A stretch of DNA of 64,000 nt, from contig CAWDVP010000002.1 in assembly GCA_963805945.1 (NCBI GenBank), positions 128,001 to 192,000 of the forward strand, read 5' to 3'. The first letter of the stretch is position 1, and each line of letters begins with the position of its first letter. The stretch comes from Vulcanimicrobiota bacterium (GTDB lineage Bacteria > Vulcanimicrobiota > Vulcanimicrobiia > Eremiobacterales > Eremiobacteraceae). Positions 48,551 to 59,180 of this stretch are shown here, in pieces. Position numbers and translations under genes: made by a program. The notes below the pieces were generated by a model. That model was not told the origin of the DNA and made no database searches. It saw only the letters and a program-made list of their open reading frames with translations.

Positions 48551-49480
48551 GTGATGTTGATAAGAAATGGCCTCGCCCTTGCCTGTGGTCTGCTCGCAGC
48601 AACCGCGCTTGCCGCATGCACAACGAGGTCCATACCAAGACACATGTCCACCAACCCCCCAGGGCCGTCCTCGGATCAGACGGTGAACAACATACGCCAA
48701 CGCTTCATACCAGAATTTGACGCCATTGCGATACGGTTCCGCGCAAGAATGATCGCTAGCTTGACGCCTGCGCATCGTGCGGCCGTCGGCGATGCCATCG
48801 GGCGATACGCGATCGCGGACACGCAAGACAAGAAAGCGCTGACCAACGATATCGACCGGATCCTCTCGGCAACCGAGCGCGAGCACGTCGTCGCTGCACT
48901 ATCGGCTTACGTAGCTGAGACATATGGTTTGTTCGCAAAGATGTTGGCTGAGGTCGCCCGCGAATCTCCTGAAAGCGTAAGGATGAACCCAAACCAACAA
49001 TCACCAGTTTCAAGCCTTCCTGGCTCCTCCGATGCCGGTAGCATCGTCGCGAGCTGGCTCCCGACGGCGGGACTTATGCCGAATTGGCTCGCGCTTGGCC
49101 CGCAGCTGCTATTAAAGCCATCCTCCCTGTCAGTCATCGAATTCGGCAGGCCGCAGATTCGCGCGCACCTGCGAGAGTCAATGTTTGGCGCTTTGACACC
49201 GGTTCACCGCGAGGCGGCCGGCCGGGTTCTTGGTCAATCCGCTGTTTCGTCCACTCGGGATGACGCAATACTGTCGAAGCAGCTCGACGACGTGCTCACG
49301 GCTCCCGAGAAACAGCACATCCTCGAATCGTTTGCGACGTTCGTTTCCGAACAGCACGAAGCGGGGCTAGTTTTCCCAGCCGCAGCACGCGGCGGTTTAC
49401 CGACGCCAAATGCAGGGGCAGTCCTATGGCAAGCCCTTTTGCTTGAACAGGCGGGGCCTATGGGTTTCGTGACACAGTAA
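48551..49480 (+). CDS. Lipoprotein with duplicated LTPxH helical repeat (Spy/CpxP-like)
   Basis: LAAC lipobox; LTPAHRAAVG...DRILSATERE and LTPVHREAAG...DDVLTAPEKQ. Confidence 0.65.
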   Translation: MMLIRNGLALACGLLAATALAACTTRSIPRHMSTNPPGPSSDQTVNNIRQRFIPEFDAIAIRFRARMIASLTPAHRAAVGDAIGRYAIADTQDKKALTNDIDRILSATEREHVVAALSAYVAETYGLFAKMLAEVARESPESVRMNPNQQSPVSSLPGSSDAGSIVASWLPTAGLMPNWLALGPQLLLKPSSLSVIEFGRPQIRAHLRESMFGALTPVHREAAGRVLGQSAVSSTRDDAILSKQLDDVLTAPEKQHILESFATFVSEQHEAGLVFPAAARGGLPTPNAGAVLWQALLLEQAGPMGFVTQ

Positions 49481-49703
49481 CAGCGGCGTGCGCGCTCGCG
49501 GAGATGCCTAGACAGAGCATGACTGCGAAGCCGACCGCAGCCTTGGTTTCGGTTGACATCTGTCCACATGGACACCACACACGCGCCACCCGTTCGCCCG
49601 CCTCTCTCGCGGCGCGGCCCGAGCGGCGTAGGATTCTGCCTTCCCCTCCAAAATAGGGACCGCACGGTCTTCAACCATTCCTCACCGAAGAAGGTAGGTT
49701 TCC

Positions 49704-49859
49704 GTGGGCAACTTGCTTTGGACGATCATCGTGATCTTGTTCGTCTTATGGCTCTTGGGTTTTCTTCTGCATGTCGGCGGAGGTTTGATCCATCTCCTGT
49801 TGGTGATCGCCGTCATCGTCCTCATCGTCAACCTGGTCACTGGACGGCGAACCGGATAA
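49704..49859 (+). CDS. lmo0937/DUF5670-family small membrane protein (51 aa, not in ORF track)
   Basis: MGNLLWTIIVILFVLWLLGFLLHVGGGLIHLLLVIAVIVLIVNLVTGRRTG. Confidence 0.85.
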   Translation: MGNLLWTIIVILFVLWLLGFLLHVGGGLIHLLLVIAVIVLIVNLVTGRRTG

Positions 49860-49903
49860 CGAAAATCGGGTCGGGCTCGTTCATGCCGCGACATCCGGCG
49901 GCG

Positions 49904-50548
49904 ATGCGCGACGTTCGCCGCCGCGTAGGCATCGCGCTGTTGTGGCTCGCGATGATCGTGCAGCCAGCGGCGGTCCACGCACGGACTTTGCCGCCGGCGT
50001 GGGTCGCGTTCACGAACACGTGGGCCGGTATCAAGGGATATACCGCAAGGGACACCGTCTATGAGCGAAAAGGCGCCGTCGTTCAAGACGTCGTCTTCGA
50101 CTACTCGTTCCGCAAGCCGTCCAGTGCGACCATGAGCGTGATCCGCGGTCCCAATGCGGGCGTGACGCTGGTGTGGGGCGGCGGCAGCACGGTGGTGGCC
50201 CACAAGGGATCGGGTCTTAGCGCGATGTTCAAGCGGACGTTCCCGCTGCACGATCCCCAGGTGACCACGATCCGCGGGTCGTCGATCGATCAGTTGAGCT
50301 TCAGCGCGATCCTCGCTCACGGGCTGCAAACAGCGGGACCTATCACACAGAGCGGCGGACCGACGATCAACGGTGCTGGCACGGACGCGGTGACGTTGAT
50401 CCCCGCGAAATCGGCCAACGACACCGGCTTGACGCGTGAAGTCGTCCAGATCTCGAGGACCACCCACTTGCCGGTGGTAGTGCTCGGCTTCGTCGGCACG
50501 ACGCTCGTACGCACGGTCGACTTTTCGAACGTCCAGCTCGAACAGTAG
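49904..50548 (+). CDS. Secreted LolA-like fold protein
   Basis: Signal peptide; YSFRKP; C-terminal ISRTTHLP...FSNV; start may be 49883. Confidence 0.55.
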   Translation: MRDVRRRVGIALLWLAMIVQPAAVHARTLPPAWVAFTNTWAGIKGYTARDTVYERKGAVVQDVVFDYSFRKPSSATMSVIRGPNAGVTLVWGGGSTVVAHKGSGLSAMFKRTFPLHDPQVTTIRGSSIDQLSFSAILAHGLQTAGPITQSGGPTINGAGTDAVTLIPAKSANDTGLTREVVQISRTTHLPVVVLGFVGTTLVRTVDFSNVQLEQ

Positions 50549-50641
50549 GCATCAGCCGACGGGGGCTGTTCCCGGCCAGGCCGAAGAATCCGTGATTCCC
50601 GCGACAGGGCGGCACGAGCGCGTTCTTACGAGGTTAGCCAT

Positions 50642-51073
50642 ATGATCTTCCGACCAACTCTCTTCTTGGGCTCGCTGTTGGTCGCGAGCATGCTCGCGCT
50701 TATGCGCTGCGGCGGCAACTCGGCTCCGCTGTGCAACACCGGCACCGTCGTGCAACTCGCAAGCCCGACGCAGGGTCAAAGCGGCGTTTCGACCTCGGTC
50801 GGTCGAGTCACCATCGTCGCGAGCGGCAACTCTAACGTCCTCTATAGCACCTACAACCAATGGAACATCACGCTCGTCGATAATACCGGTCAAACCTGGA
50901 CCGGCGCAAGCCTCGGGCTGGTGGCCGATCCGGGCGGACCGCACCCATATCCTTCAGATTTCTTCTATGGATCGACGATCCCGAACCTGAGCAGCGGGCG
51001 GTCGTACACGGCGTCTCTTGCTGAACCAAGCGGCGCGTGTCAGCCGGTTTCGCTCGGCTCTTTTTCGACGTAG
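50642..51073 (+). CDS. Hypothetical exported protein or lipoprotein
   Basis: Hydrophobic N-terminus followed by CGG; GAGG RBS. Confidence 0.65.
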   Translation: MIFRPTLFLGSLLVASMLALMRCGGNSAPLCNTGTVVQLASPTQGQSGVSTSVGRVTIVASGNSNVLYSTYNQWNITLVDNTGQTWTGASLGLVADPGGPHPYPSDFFYGSTIPNLSSGRSYTASLAEPSGACQPVSLGSFST

Positions 51074-51094
51074 GACTAAGAGCGGAGCGATCGG

Positions 51095-51862
51095 ATGAAC
51101 TGGCGCAGGATCTGTAGCGGCGCGACGTCGTGCGCAGCGCTGCTCGCGGCCATGACACTTCACGCGGACGCTGATGCGACAGGCGGAGCTGCGCCCGCGC
51201 TCGTGCTGCGGGCCGCCGCCGTCTACACGGCCAACGTGCGGGGTATCGTCGGCATGCAGCGCCACTTCTCCACGGTCCTCCACGCCGGACCGGTCCATCA
51301 TACCGAAGAGAGCGACAGCGGGATCCTGCTCACCGACGGGGCATTTGTGTCCGCCAAATATTATAGGATCACCGACGATGGGAAGGCGTTCAGCGCACAG
51401 CAGATCACGCAGCGCGACGCGCAGACGAATCAGGACTGGACAGTGGGGAAGATCTTCTTCAAGGAGCCCTACGACCCACGCTTCATGAGCGAGTATACGT
51501 TCGATCCGCCGCAGGCCTGCGCGGCCTGCCCTCCGGGCACCGTTGCCGTCAACTTCGGAAGCAGCGTCAAAGACACGCAACACGGCAGCGGCACCATGTG
51601 GATCGAGCAGGCGACCGGTCGTGTCGATAGGCTGACCTATATCCCGAACGTGCTTCCCTCGCACGCCACGTTCGGCACGGTGACGGAGACGAGCGGAAAT
51701 GCGATGCCCAACGTATGGTACGTCACTCGCATCGACGGCTCGTATCGAGGCAGGGCCTTTGTGCTGAGCGGAACCGGCACGTTCACGGGCGTGTTCGACC
51801 ACTTCCAGCCCTTTTCGTCGGTGACGCAGGGTCAGGCCGCGCTTCAGGCCGGTACGATTTGA
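51095..51862 (+). CDS. Hypothetical secreted protein
   Basis: Signal peptide; G.MWIE..TGRV segment typical of sorting-fold proteins. Confidence 0.65.
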   Translation: MNWRRICSGATSCAALLAAMTLHADADATGGAAPALVLRAAAVYTANVRGIVGMQRHFSTVLHAGPVHHTEESDSGILLTDGAFVSAKYYRITDDGKAFSAQQITQRDAQTNQDWTVGKIFFKEPYDPRFMSEYTFDPPQACAACPPGTVAVNFGSSVKDTQHGSGTMWIEQATGRVDRLTYIPNVLPSHATFGTVTETSGNAMPNVWYVTRIDGSYRGRAFVLSGTGTFTGVFDHFQPFSSVTQGQAALQAGTI

Positions 51863-52535
51863 CCAAAGGCGGCGACTCGTCGACCGCGGTTTGCCTCGCG
51901 AGGCGCCGCGGATCCTCGAAGAGGCGCGCCGCCACCGCACCGAAGATGAAGCCGCCCACATGGGCGAGGTATGCCACGCCGCCCGACTGCGCCGTCGCAA
52001 TGCTGCCGATGCTCACCAGCTGGAGCAAGAACCACATTCCGATCAGCAGCGCGGCCGAGATGTACGTGACCCGCACGAACACGAAGATGACGAGGAGCGT
52101 GCGGATATCATCGCGCGGGTAGGTGACCAAGAACGCGCCCATCACAGCGGCGATCGCGCCGCTCGCCCCGAGGTTGGGGACCGTGGAGTGCGGATCGAAC
52201 GTGACTTGGGCGAGCATCGCCGCCACGCCGCCGAAGAGGTAGAACACCGCGTAGCGCCACGGCCCCATCGCGTCCTCGATCTCCGGCCCGAAGGCCCACA
52301 AGAACACCATGTTGCCGATGATGTGCGACCAGCTCGCATGCATGAACATCGCGGTGAAGATCGTGATCAGGTGCTGGCCTGAGGAGATATCCGCCGGGAC
52401 CATCGACCACTGCGCCACGAACGTGTCGCCGTTGATCAGCTCGAGCACGAAGACGATCACGTTGACGATGATGATCGTCAATGTGACGCCGGGGAAATGC
52501 ACCGGGCGTCGTGAGACGTCGGTCAGCGGGATCAT
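51783..52535 (-). CDS. Rhomboid intramembrane serine protease
   Basis: MFMH...HIIGNM, GASG, AHVGGF. Confidence 0.92.
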   Translation of the reverse strand: MIPLTDVSRRPVHFPGVTLTIIIVNVIVFVLELINGDTFVAQWSMVPADISSGQHLITIFTAMFMHASWSHIIGNMVFLWAFGPEIEDAMGPWRYAVFYLFGGVAAMLAQVTFDPHSTVPNLGASGAIAAVMGAFLVTYPRDDIRTLLVIFVFVRVTYISAALLIGMWFLLQLVSIGSIATAQSGGVAYLAHVGGFIFGAVAARLFEDPRRLARQTAVDESPPLVKSYRPEARPDPASPTKRAGSGRTRP

Positions 52536-52538
52536 CGG

Positions 52539-52928
52539 CTAGTTCGCGCTGACGCCTGCCGGCATCGAGGAGTGCAAACCGTGCTCGTTGCCTTCGGTGT
52601 CCTTGAACATGGCCCAGCCGCCCCACGGTTCGTTGCGCGGCTCCTCCGTGAATTCGACGCCGGCCTTCTTGAGCTGCTCGAAGCTCGTGAAAACGTCGTC
52701 GACCTCGATGATGACGCCGCTCGGACCATCGACTTTGTGACGCATACGATCGGGCGAGTCGATCGCCAACGTGAGCGCCGTCTGCGCACCCTTCGGCGCG
52801 ACGGTCACCCAGCGCATGCCTTCGCCCATCGGAGCATCCATGGTCTTCTCCCAACCGAGCTTCTTGGTATAGAAGTCGATCGCGCGATCGAGATCGTTGA
52901 CGAAGACCGTCACCACCGAGATGTACAT
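52539..52928 (-). CDS. VOC/glyoxalase family protein
   Basis: VNDLDRAIDFY..KLG, EPWG, FKDTEGN. Confidence 0.9.
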   Translation of the reverse strand: MYISVVTVFVNDLDRAIDFYTKKLGWEKTMDAPMGEGMRWVTVAPKGAQTALTLAIDSPDRMRHKVDGPSGVIIEVDDVFTSFEQLKKAGVEFTEEPRNEPWGGWAMFKDTEGNEHGLHSSMPAGVSAN

Positions 52929-53094
52929 AGCCGTACCCCTTTCCGCGTTCGCAAGGACGCCACGGATTCGCCCGCTCCCCTCAGGCCTCCCTGCCGATTC
53001 TATGATGCGAAAAAATGCGTGCCTATAGCGGGAGAGAGAGGGAATAGCCGCGGCGACGCCGCAGGCTTGCGCCCCTTCTCAAGGAGACTCTCGT

Positions 53095-54081
53095 ATGCAA
53101 CAGCGTGCTCTCGGCCCGAACGGGCCCCAAGTGTCGGCGGTCGGCCTCGGCTGCATGGGTATGTCGGAGTTCTACGGACCCGCCGACGACGTGGAGTCGA
53201 TCGCCACCATCCACCGTGCCATCGAGCTTGGATGCTTCTTCCTCGACACGGCCGATGTGTACGGCCCGTACAAGAACGAAGTGCTCGTCGGCAAAGCGAT
53301 CGCGGGCAAGCGAGACAAGGTCTTCCTCGCCACCAAATTCGGCAACCAGCGCGGTCAGGACGGCTCGTGGCTGGGCGTCAACGGCAAACCGGAGTACGTC
53401 CGCGCGGCCTGCGAAGCATCGCTCAAGCGGCTCAACGTCGAGACGATCGACCTCTACTACCAGCATCGCGTCGACAAGGCCGTGCCCATCGAAGAGACGG
53501 TGGGCGCCATGGCATCGCTCGTCAAGGAAGGCAAAGTCCGCTACCTCGGGCTGAGCGAAGCCGCACCGGCGACCATCCGGCGTGCGCATGCCACACATCC
53601 CATCGCCGCGCTGCAGACCGAGTACTCGCTGTTCGCGCGCGATGTGGAGAGCGAGATATTGCCGACGTGCCGTGAGCTTGGGCTGGGATTCGTCGCCTAC
53701 AGCCCCTTAGGGCGCGGGCTGCTCACCGGCGTCATCGTCGATACCGCAGGCCTTCCCGAGGGCGACGGGCGCAAGACCGATCGTTTTCCAAGGTTCCAAA
53801 GCGAGAACTTCCAGCAGAATCTCGCGTTGGTGCAGCTGCTAAGGGAGATCGCGACGGGCAAGGGAGTGACGCCGGCGCAGCTCGCGCTCGCATGGCTGTT
53901 GCACCAAGGGCAGGATATCGTGCCTATCCCGGGCACCAAGCACCGCACGCGTCTCGAGGAGAACTGCGCAGCGGTCGACGTCGTGCTCTCTAAAGAAGAT
54001 CTCACCCGCATCGACGAGGTCGCCCGACCAGGCGCGTTCGCCGGCCAGCGCTACGCCGACATGAGCAACGTCAACGCCTGA
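53095..54081 (+). CDS. Aldo/keto reductase
   Basis: [30 protein letters not shown]. Confidence 0.95.
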   Translation: MQQRALGPNGPQVSAVGLGCMGMSEFYGPADDVESIATIHRAIELGCFFLDTADVYGPYKNEVLVGKAIAGKRDKVFLATKFGNQRGQDGSWLGVNGKPEYVRAACEASLKRLNVETIDLYYQHRVDKAVPIEETVGAMASLVKEGKVRYLGLSEAAPATIRRAHATHPIAALQTEYSLFARDVESEILPTCRELGLGFVAYSPLGRGLLTGVIVDTAGLPEGDGRKTDRFPRFQSENFQQNLALVQLLREIATGKGVTPAQLALAWLLHQGQDIVPIPGTKHRTRLEENCAAVDVVLSKEDLTRIDEVARPGAFAGQRYADMSNVNA

Positions 54082-55333
54082 CGGCCCCTGGCGCGTCGCA
54101 CGCGTGCGCGCGTTGTTCGAGAAAACGGCGCTCCATAGGGTTACGCGCCAGCGCGAGCGCGGCGAGAAAATGTTTGCGCGCGACCTCTCCCCTGCCGGCG
54201 CGCAGCTCGAGGTCGCCCAGCGCCGCCGAGTAGAACGGATATGCGGCGAGGCGATCGCGGTCGGCGATCGCCCGGATCTCCTCGAGCCCGCGCTCGGGGC
54301 CTTCGTGCTGCGCGATGGCGATCGCGCGGTTGAGCGCGACGACGGGCGATGAGCGTATCTTCAGCAGCGCATCGTAGAGCCTGACGATGGCCCCCCAATC
54401 CGTGTCTTCCGCGCGCGCCGCGCGCGCGTGCACCGCGGCGATCGCCGCTTCCACATGATACTCGGTCAGCTCGGCGCCGGTCGCCGAGCGTTCGAGCAGC
54501 GCCTCACCGCGCGCGATGAGCGCGGCGTCCCAACGCGTTCGATCCTGTTCGAAGAACGAGGCCAGGCCGCCATCGTCGACGCGCGCCGGCAGCCGCGCCG
54601 CGTGAAGATGCATGAGGGCGCAAAGCGCGTACGTCTCCGGAGTCGCCGCGAGCGGATGATCGAGCAGCAGCCCGCCCAGGCGCATCGCCTCACGGCACAG
54701 CTCCGCCCGCACGGTGGCCTCGGGCGACGCGCCATGATACCCTTCGTTGAACAGCAGGTACAGCGCGCGGTGGACCGCCGACAACCGCGCCGAGAACTCG
54801 CGGTCCGCGAGGTCGAACAGCGTCTGCGAGGACGCAAGCACCTTCTTGGCGCGCGAGATGCGCTTCTCGATCCCGGCGCGGCCGCTCAGGAACGCGCTTG
54901 CGATCTCGCCGGTGCTGAAGCCGCACACGAGCTGAAGCACGAGCGCGATCTGCGCCGGTTCGGAGATCCGCGGATGGCAGCATGAGAACATCATGCGCAG
55001 CTGATCGTCTTTGATCGCGTTCGCGCCGAAGAGCTCGGTCACGGTTGGGACCAGCGTCCACTCGCTTTCGAGAAGGCGCCCGAGTTCCGGCGCGTAGTCA
55101 CGGGCGGTGCGTTCGCGCCGCAGGACGTCGATCGCGCGGTTCTTCGCCGTCCGCATGAGCCATGCCGATGGATTGTCCGGCACGCCGCGGATCTGCCAGA
55201 TCTCCAACGCGCGGCAGAAGGCGTCTTGGACGACGTCTTCCGCCAGCGCGAGGTTGTGGAGACCGAAGATGCGTGTGAGGGCGGCGACCATGCGCCCCGC
55301 CTCGCGGCGGAACAGATGCTCGCCGGGTTCCAT
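54071..55333 (-). CDS. ECF42-type sigma factor with C-terminal TPR/DUF6596 extension
   Basis: [45 protein letters not shown]. Confidence 0.88.
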   Translation of the reverse strand: MEPGEHLFRREAGRMVAALTRIFGLHNLALAEDVVQDAFCRALEIWQIRGVPDNPSAWLMRTAKNRAIDVLRRERTARDYAPELGRLLESEWTLVPTVTELFGANAIKDDQLRMMFSCCHPRISEPAQIALVLQLVCGFSTGEIASAFLSGRAGIEKRISRAKKVLASSQTLFDLADREFSARLSAVHRALYLLFNEGYHGASPEATVRAELCREAMRLGGLLLDHPLAATPETYALCALMHLHAARLPARVDDGGLASFFEQDRTRWDAALIARGEALLERSATGAELTEYHVEAAIAAVHARAARAEDTDWGAIVRLYDALLKIRSSPVVALNRAIAIAQHEGPERGLEEIRAIADRDRLAAYPFYSAALGDLELRAGRGEVARKHFLAALALARNPMERRFLEQRAHACDAPGAVRR

Positions 55334-55665
55334 CACATCTCCATGACGGGGCGGACTTCCACGAGACCGCCGCCCTCGAAGATCGGGCAGCCCTTGGAGA
55401 GCTCCGCCGCGTGTGACAGATCCTTGGCTTCGACCAGCGTGTAGCCGCCGACGACGTCCTTGGTCTCGGCGTACGGGCCGTCGGTGACGCTCTTGTCCTT
55501 GCGGACGACCTTGCCTTCGGATTCCAGCGGCTGTCCGCGATCCTTGATGTGACCCTTCTTGCCGAGGTCCTCCATCCAGGCGACCCATTTCTGCATCACC
55601 TTCTCGCCTTGCTCCGGCGTCTGGGCGCGCTCGCCACCGCGGTAGATGTACAAGAATTGACCCAT
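55333..55665 (-). CDS. YCII/DGPF family protein
   Basis: VTDGPYAETKD.VGGY, VEVRP; upstream of the ECF sigma. Confidence 0.9.
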   Translation of the reverse strand: MGQFLYIYRGGERAQTPEQGEKVMQKWVAWMEDLGKKGHIKDRGQPLESEGKVVRKDKSVTDGPYAETKDVVGGYTLVEAKDLSHAAELSKGCPIFEGGGLVEVRPVMEM

Positions 55666-55744
55666 GATCGTTCCTCCTGAAGAATGGGCGCCTTTGCGGC
55701 ACCTCGACCCTACGACGTTTGAAGGACCCAGCGGCGGACACTTG

Positions 55745-57022
55745 TCAGATGGAATATTCCACCGGGTTTTGCGCGTCCTTATAGCCCTCGTCGAAAGCGG
55801 TCTGCAGGTCGGTCGCGTCGTTGAAGCCCATCATGGTCAGCTTCAGCGGCTGCGGCGGACGTATGACGCGGATCTTGATCGGCTGCCAATCCTTCATCTG
55901 GATCGTCTCCAGCAGCGCGACGGTGGACTTGCTCAAGCCCTTGTAGTCGCGATATCGGGAGAGCAAGTTCCGCGCCAGAGAAAGCCGTAGGTCGCCTTCC
56001 AGCAATTCGCGCTGCGTCACGTTGAACGAACCCGACAGCAGCAGCGGCAGCGTGTCCGGCTGCTTGCCCATGCCTTCGCCTGGAGCGCTTGCGATGATCA
56101 CCGTGACATCAGTGGCGCCGGCATGGACCGAGGTGCTGACGGGGGTGTTGTTGGCGACGCCGCCGTCGACGAAGAGATTCGTGGTGCCGAGCTCCGCGAT
56201 CGGGATATCCACCGGCTGGAACACGCCGGGCACCGCCGCCGAGCCGAGTACGACCTTGACCAGGTTGTCATCCGTGAGCTTGTAGCGTCCGTTGCTCGGC
56301 GACGCGGTCGCCCCCGCGCCATTGGTCGACTCGACCACAAGCCGCCGTAGGAACAGCTGCGTCCTCTGCTCGCTCGTCGGACCAACGAAGTGGTAGAACG
56401 TGTCCGAGGTGAAATGCGTCATATTGGTCCCGGTCATGATGAGGCTGGTCTTCATGTCGGCGAGGGTGAACGGATTCTTGCGCACCAGCGCGTCGAGCCC
56501 GTCGCTGCTCACGACGCCCATGATGTGCGCGAGCTGCTCCTTCGGCCCCATCGCCTTGAGCTCGCTGTTCGCTTTGGTCAGGTAGCGGAATTTCGCAGGC
56601 CAACCGTGCTCCGACGACTCTTGGAAGGCTTCACCGGCGTTGAGCGCGTGTTGCGCCGGCGGTATCAATTGGAGGATGTCCGCTTGCGGCATGTCCAGCC
56701 ATAGTTGCCCGACTTGCGCGATCGATGCGCTGCTCGCGCGCGCGGCGAAGACGGTGTTGATCGAACCCGCCGACGTGCCGCAGATGAGGTCGAACGGCGG
56801 CCCGTTGGTGTCGATGTCCTTGAAGAGCCACTTGAGGACGCCCGCCTCGTACGCGCCGCGTGCGCCGGCGCCGCTGAGCACGAGCGCGCGGGTCGGGATC
56901 TTCGGCTTGAGCGGCGGCGGCAAAGGATACCACGGCGGCAGGGCCGCTGCAGCGGGGGCCGCCCCGCTTAGCGCGCCGAGCGCCGCCAGCGACGAGAGAA
57001 AACCTGATCGTGAGACGCGCAT
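55745..57022 (-). CDS. Patatin-like phospholipase with Tat-like signal
   Basis: GAGARG, GTSAG, DGG; N-terminal SRSGFL plus hydrophobic region. Confidence 0.88.
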   Translation of the reverse strand: MRVSRSGFLSSLAALGALSGAAPAAAALPPWYPLPPPLKPKIPTRALVLSGAGARGAYEAGVLKWLFKDIDTNGPPFDLICGTSAGSINTVFAARASSASIAQVGQLWLDMPQADILQLIPPAQHALNAGEAFQESSEHGWPAKFRYLTKANSELKAMGPKEQLAHIMGVVSSDGLDALVRKNPFTLADMKTSLIMTGTNMTHFTSDTFYHFVGPTSEQRTQLFLRRLVVESTNGAGATASPSNGRYKLTDDNLVKVVLGSAAVPGVFQPVDIPIAELGTTNLFVDGGVANNTPVSTSVHAGATDVTVIIASAPGEGMGKQPDTLPLLLSGSFNVTQRELLEGDLRLSLARNLLSRYRDYKGLSKSTVALLETIQMKDWQPIKIRVIRPPQPLKLTMMGFNDATDLQTAFDEGYKDAQNPVEYSI

Positions 57023-57191
57023 AAGTCGTGCGACCTTTCCGTCAATGAGGCGAGCGGGAGTGCTTCTTCGACCGAACAGCGGCGCACCTGTGTCCCGTAA
57101 CGTAATGGTCGCATCACGACGCACGAGAAACGTCGTATCACCCAACAGACCAGGCTTGGCCTTTTCGCTTTCTTCTCGCTAGGGGGATCAC

Positions 57192-57767
57192 ATGGCTATC
57201 GCACAAGGGCTTTTTGACGCAGTTCAGAGTCATTGGTGGGTTCTGCTCGTCCGCGGCATCGTCGGCGTCGTCTTCGGCTTGCTCTTCATGTTCTATCCCG
57301 GCATGTCGCTGCTCGCGCTCATCTATCTGTTCGGCGCCTATGCGCTCGTCGACGGCGTCTTCGCCCTCATCCAGATGTTCCGGCTCGGCGTCCACAGCGA
57401 CCGCTTCTGGCCGCTGCTGTTCGAGGCGATCGTCGGCATCGCGGTCGGCATCATCTTCTTCCGCTTCCCCGGCTTCAGCGCTCTCACGGTCGCCTTCGTG
57501 ATCGCCATCTGGGCGATCGCGACCGGCATCTTCGAGCTGGTCGCCGCCTTCCGCTACGACGACGCCGGCGGTTCGCGCTGGCTGCTCGGACTCGGCGGCG
57601 TGCTGTCGATCATCGTCGGCATCTTGTTCGCCGTCGCGCCGGCGCCGGCGCTCCTCGCCTACGTCTGGGTGCTCGGCATCTACGCGGTCATCTTCGGCAT
57701 CATGCTGATCGTGTGGAGTCTGCGGCTCAAGGGAGCCAAACTTCCGGGTGCTGCTGCGGCAGCCTAG
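57192..57767 (+). CDS. HdeD/DUF308 family membrane protein
   Basis: WW.LL.RG, FGAYALVDG, WAI.TG; 6 TM. Confidence 0.88.
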   Translation: MAIAQGLFDAVQSHWWVLLVRGIVGVVFGLLFMFYPGMSLLALIYLFGAYALVDGVFALIQMFRLGVHSDRFWPLLFEAIVGIAVGIIFFRFPGFSALTVAFVIAIWAIATGIFELVAAFRYDDAGGSRWLLGLGGVLSIIVGILFAVAPAPALLAYVWVLGIYAVIFGIMLIVWSLRLKGAKLPGAAAAA

Positions 57768-57775
57768 GTCACGAT

Positions 57776-57799
57776 CCCGAGCTTTGCTCGGGCGCTACA
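57776..57799 (-). repeat. REP-like palindrome, GTAG class; its TAG is the stop codon of the TPR gene
   Basis: TGTAG-CGCCCGAGC-AAA-GCTCGGG. Confidence 0.75.
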
Positions 57800-58391
57800 G
57801 CGCCGAGTAGCGCTTGATCGCTTTCTCGGCCGGGGTATGGCCGCGCTTGACGGCTTCGCGCCAATAGTCGAGCGCGGCTTTTCTATCGCCGACGTGGAGA
57901 TTGGCCCAGCCCGCGTAATCCCAGGTGAACCCGTTGGCCGGGTCGTTGCGCGTCGAAAGCTCGCACGCGTCGCGCGCCTTCGCGTAGTCCTTGCCCATCT
58001 CGTAATAGGTTCGACAGAGATCAAAGGCGAGCGCGCCGTTGTGCGGGTTAAAGGACAGCCCGCCTTTGAGCGTGTCCACCGCTTGTTGATACGTGCTGTG
58101 GTCGCGCGTGCCCATCATATACAGCTCGCTCTAAGCCGATCCAGCCTTCTGGAACCCGCGCATCCACAGCGATCGCCTTGCGGTAGTAGTGCTCGGCGGT
58201 CTTCAGCCGCAACATATGTTCGAAGCTCACGCCGCGGTAGTAGACGGCGAATGCGAACAGCGGCCGGAACAAGAACCAGCCCCCGACCAGCACGATCGCG
58301 AGGATGATCCAGCGGTCGTAGGTCTTGACGATGTACGGCCGCGCATCGGCCGGCGCCGACGCGTGCGCCAGCCGCCTGCGTCCTGCGTCAT
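57795..58391 (-). CDS. Membrane-anchored TPR protein; apparent frameshifts near 58385 and 58130
   Basis: ATGA overlap with the upstream stop; TM then TPR-like helices across ORFs 58048-58293 and 57795-58118. Confidence 0.65.
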
Positions 58392-59077
58392 GCGATCACC
58401 GCGAAGAAGAGCGCGAGGAAGACGAGCACGTAGCCAGCGGCCATCTCGGCTGCGACGTGCCATTTCTTCACGACCGGATTGTGCGCGTACCACGGGCCTA
58501 GCAAGCCTGCGGCGAATACCGGCATGCCGTGGCCGATACCGAAGAACAGCATGAGCAGCGCGCCGAGCCCGAGCTGGCCCTGGAAGGTCGTCACGCCGAG
58601 CGCGCCGATCATGAACGGCGTCGCGTCGGGAGAGATGAGAAACGCGAAGCCGACGCCGAGCAGAAAGGCGCCGGAAGGGCCATGCCCGACGAGGTCAGGC
58701 AGCGGCAGCTTCCAGCGCACCTCGACGAGCCGGATCATCGACAGGCCCATGAGCAAGCACAGCGCCGCCGTGAAGTAGTAGAGGAAGCCGGTGACGGTGA
58801 GCAGCGCGCCGAACGAGCCGGCCAGCGCGCCGACGCTTGTGTATACCGCGCAGATGCCCGCGACGAATGCCAGGGCCAGGAGCGCCGCGCCGCCGAGCCC
58901 TTTGGCCTCCCGCCCCGCGTAGTTGACGATGGCGACCATGCGCGGCACGCTCGAAGGGCTCAGACTGCTCAGCACGCCGCCCAGGACCATGAGCGCGAGG
59001 GCGTACCCAAGATGCTCGTGGACGACGTCCTTAAGCCGGTCGACGACCGCGTAGATATTGCCGTAGTCCATATCCAT
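58388..59077 (-). CDS. CcdA/DsbD transmembrane-like protein lacking both canonical Cys
   Basis: GG.LSSLSP(S)SVP, AFVAG, GAFLLG.GFA..SP(D)ATP, GALLM..FGIGHG.P. Confidence 0.75.
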   Translation of the reverse strand: MDMDYGNIYAVVDRLKDVVHEHLGYALALMVLGGVLSSLSPSSVPRMVAIVNYAGREAKGLGGAALLALAFVAGICAVYTSVGALAGSFGALLTVTGFLYYFTAALCLLMGLSMIRLVEVRWKLPLPDLVGHGPSGAFLLGVGFAFLISPDATPFMIGALGVTTFQGQLGLGALLMLFFGIGHGMPVFAAGLLGPWYAHNPVVKKWHVAAEMAAGYVLVFLALFFAVIA

Positions 59078-59180
59078 ACTTCTAATGATATCGGCAGCAT
59101 AGCGACGGAATCCGCAGCAAGGGCGACCGCCCGCCGGGGCCGGGCAGTGGTCGGCGGGCCCGCCGCAGAACACGGACAGC

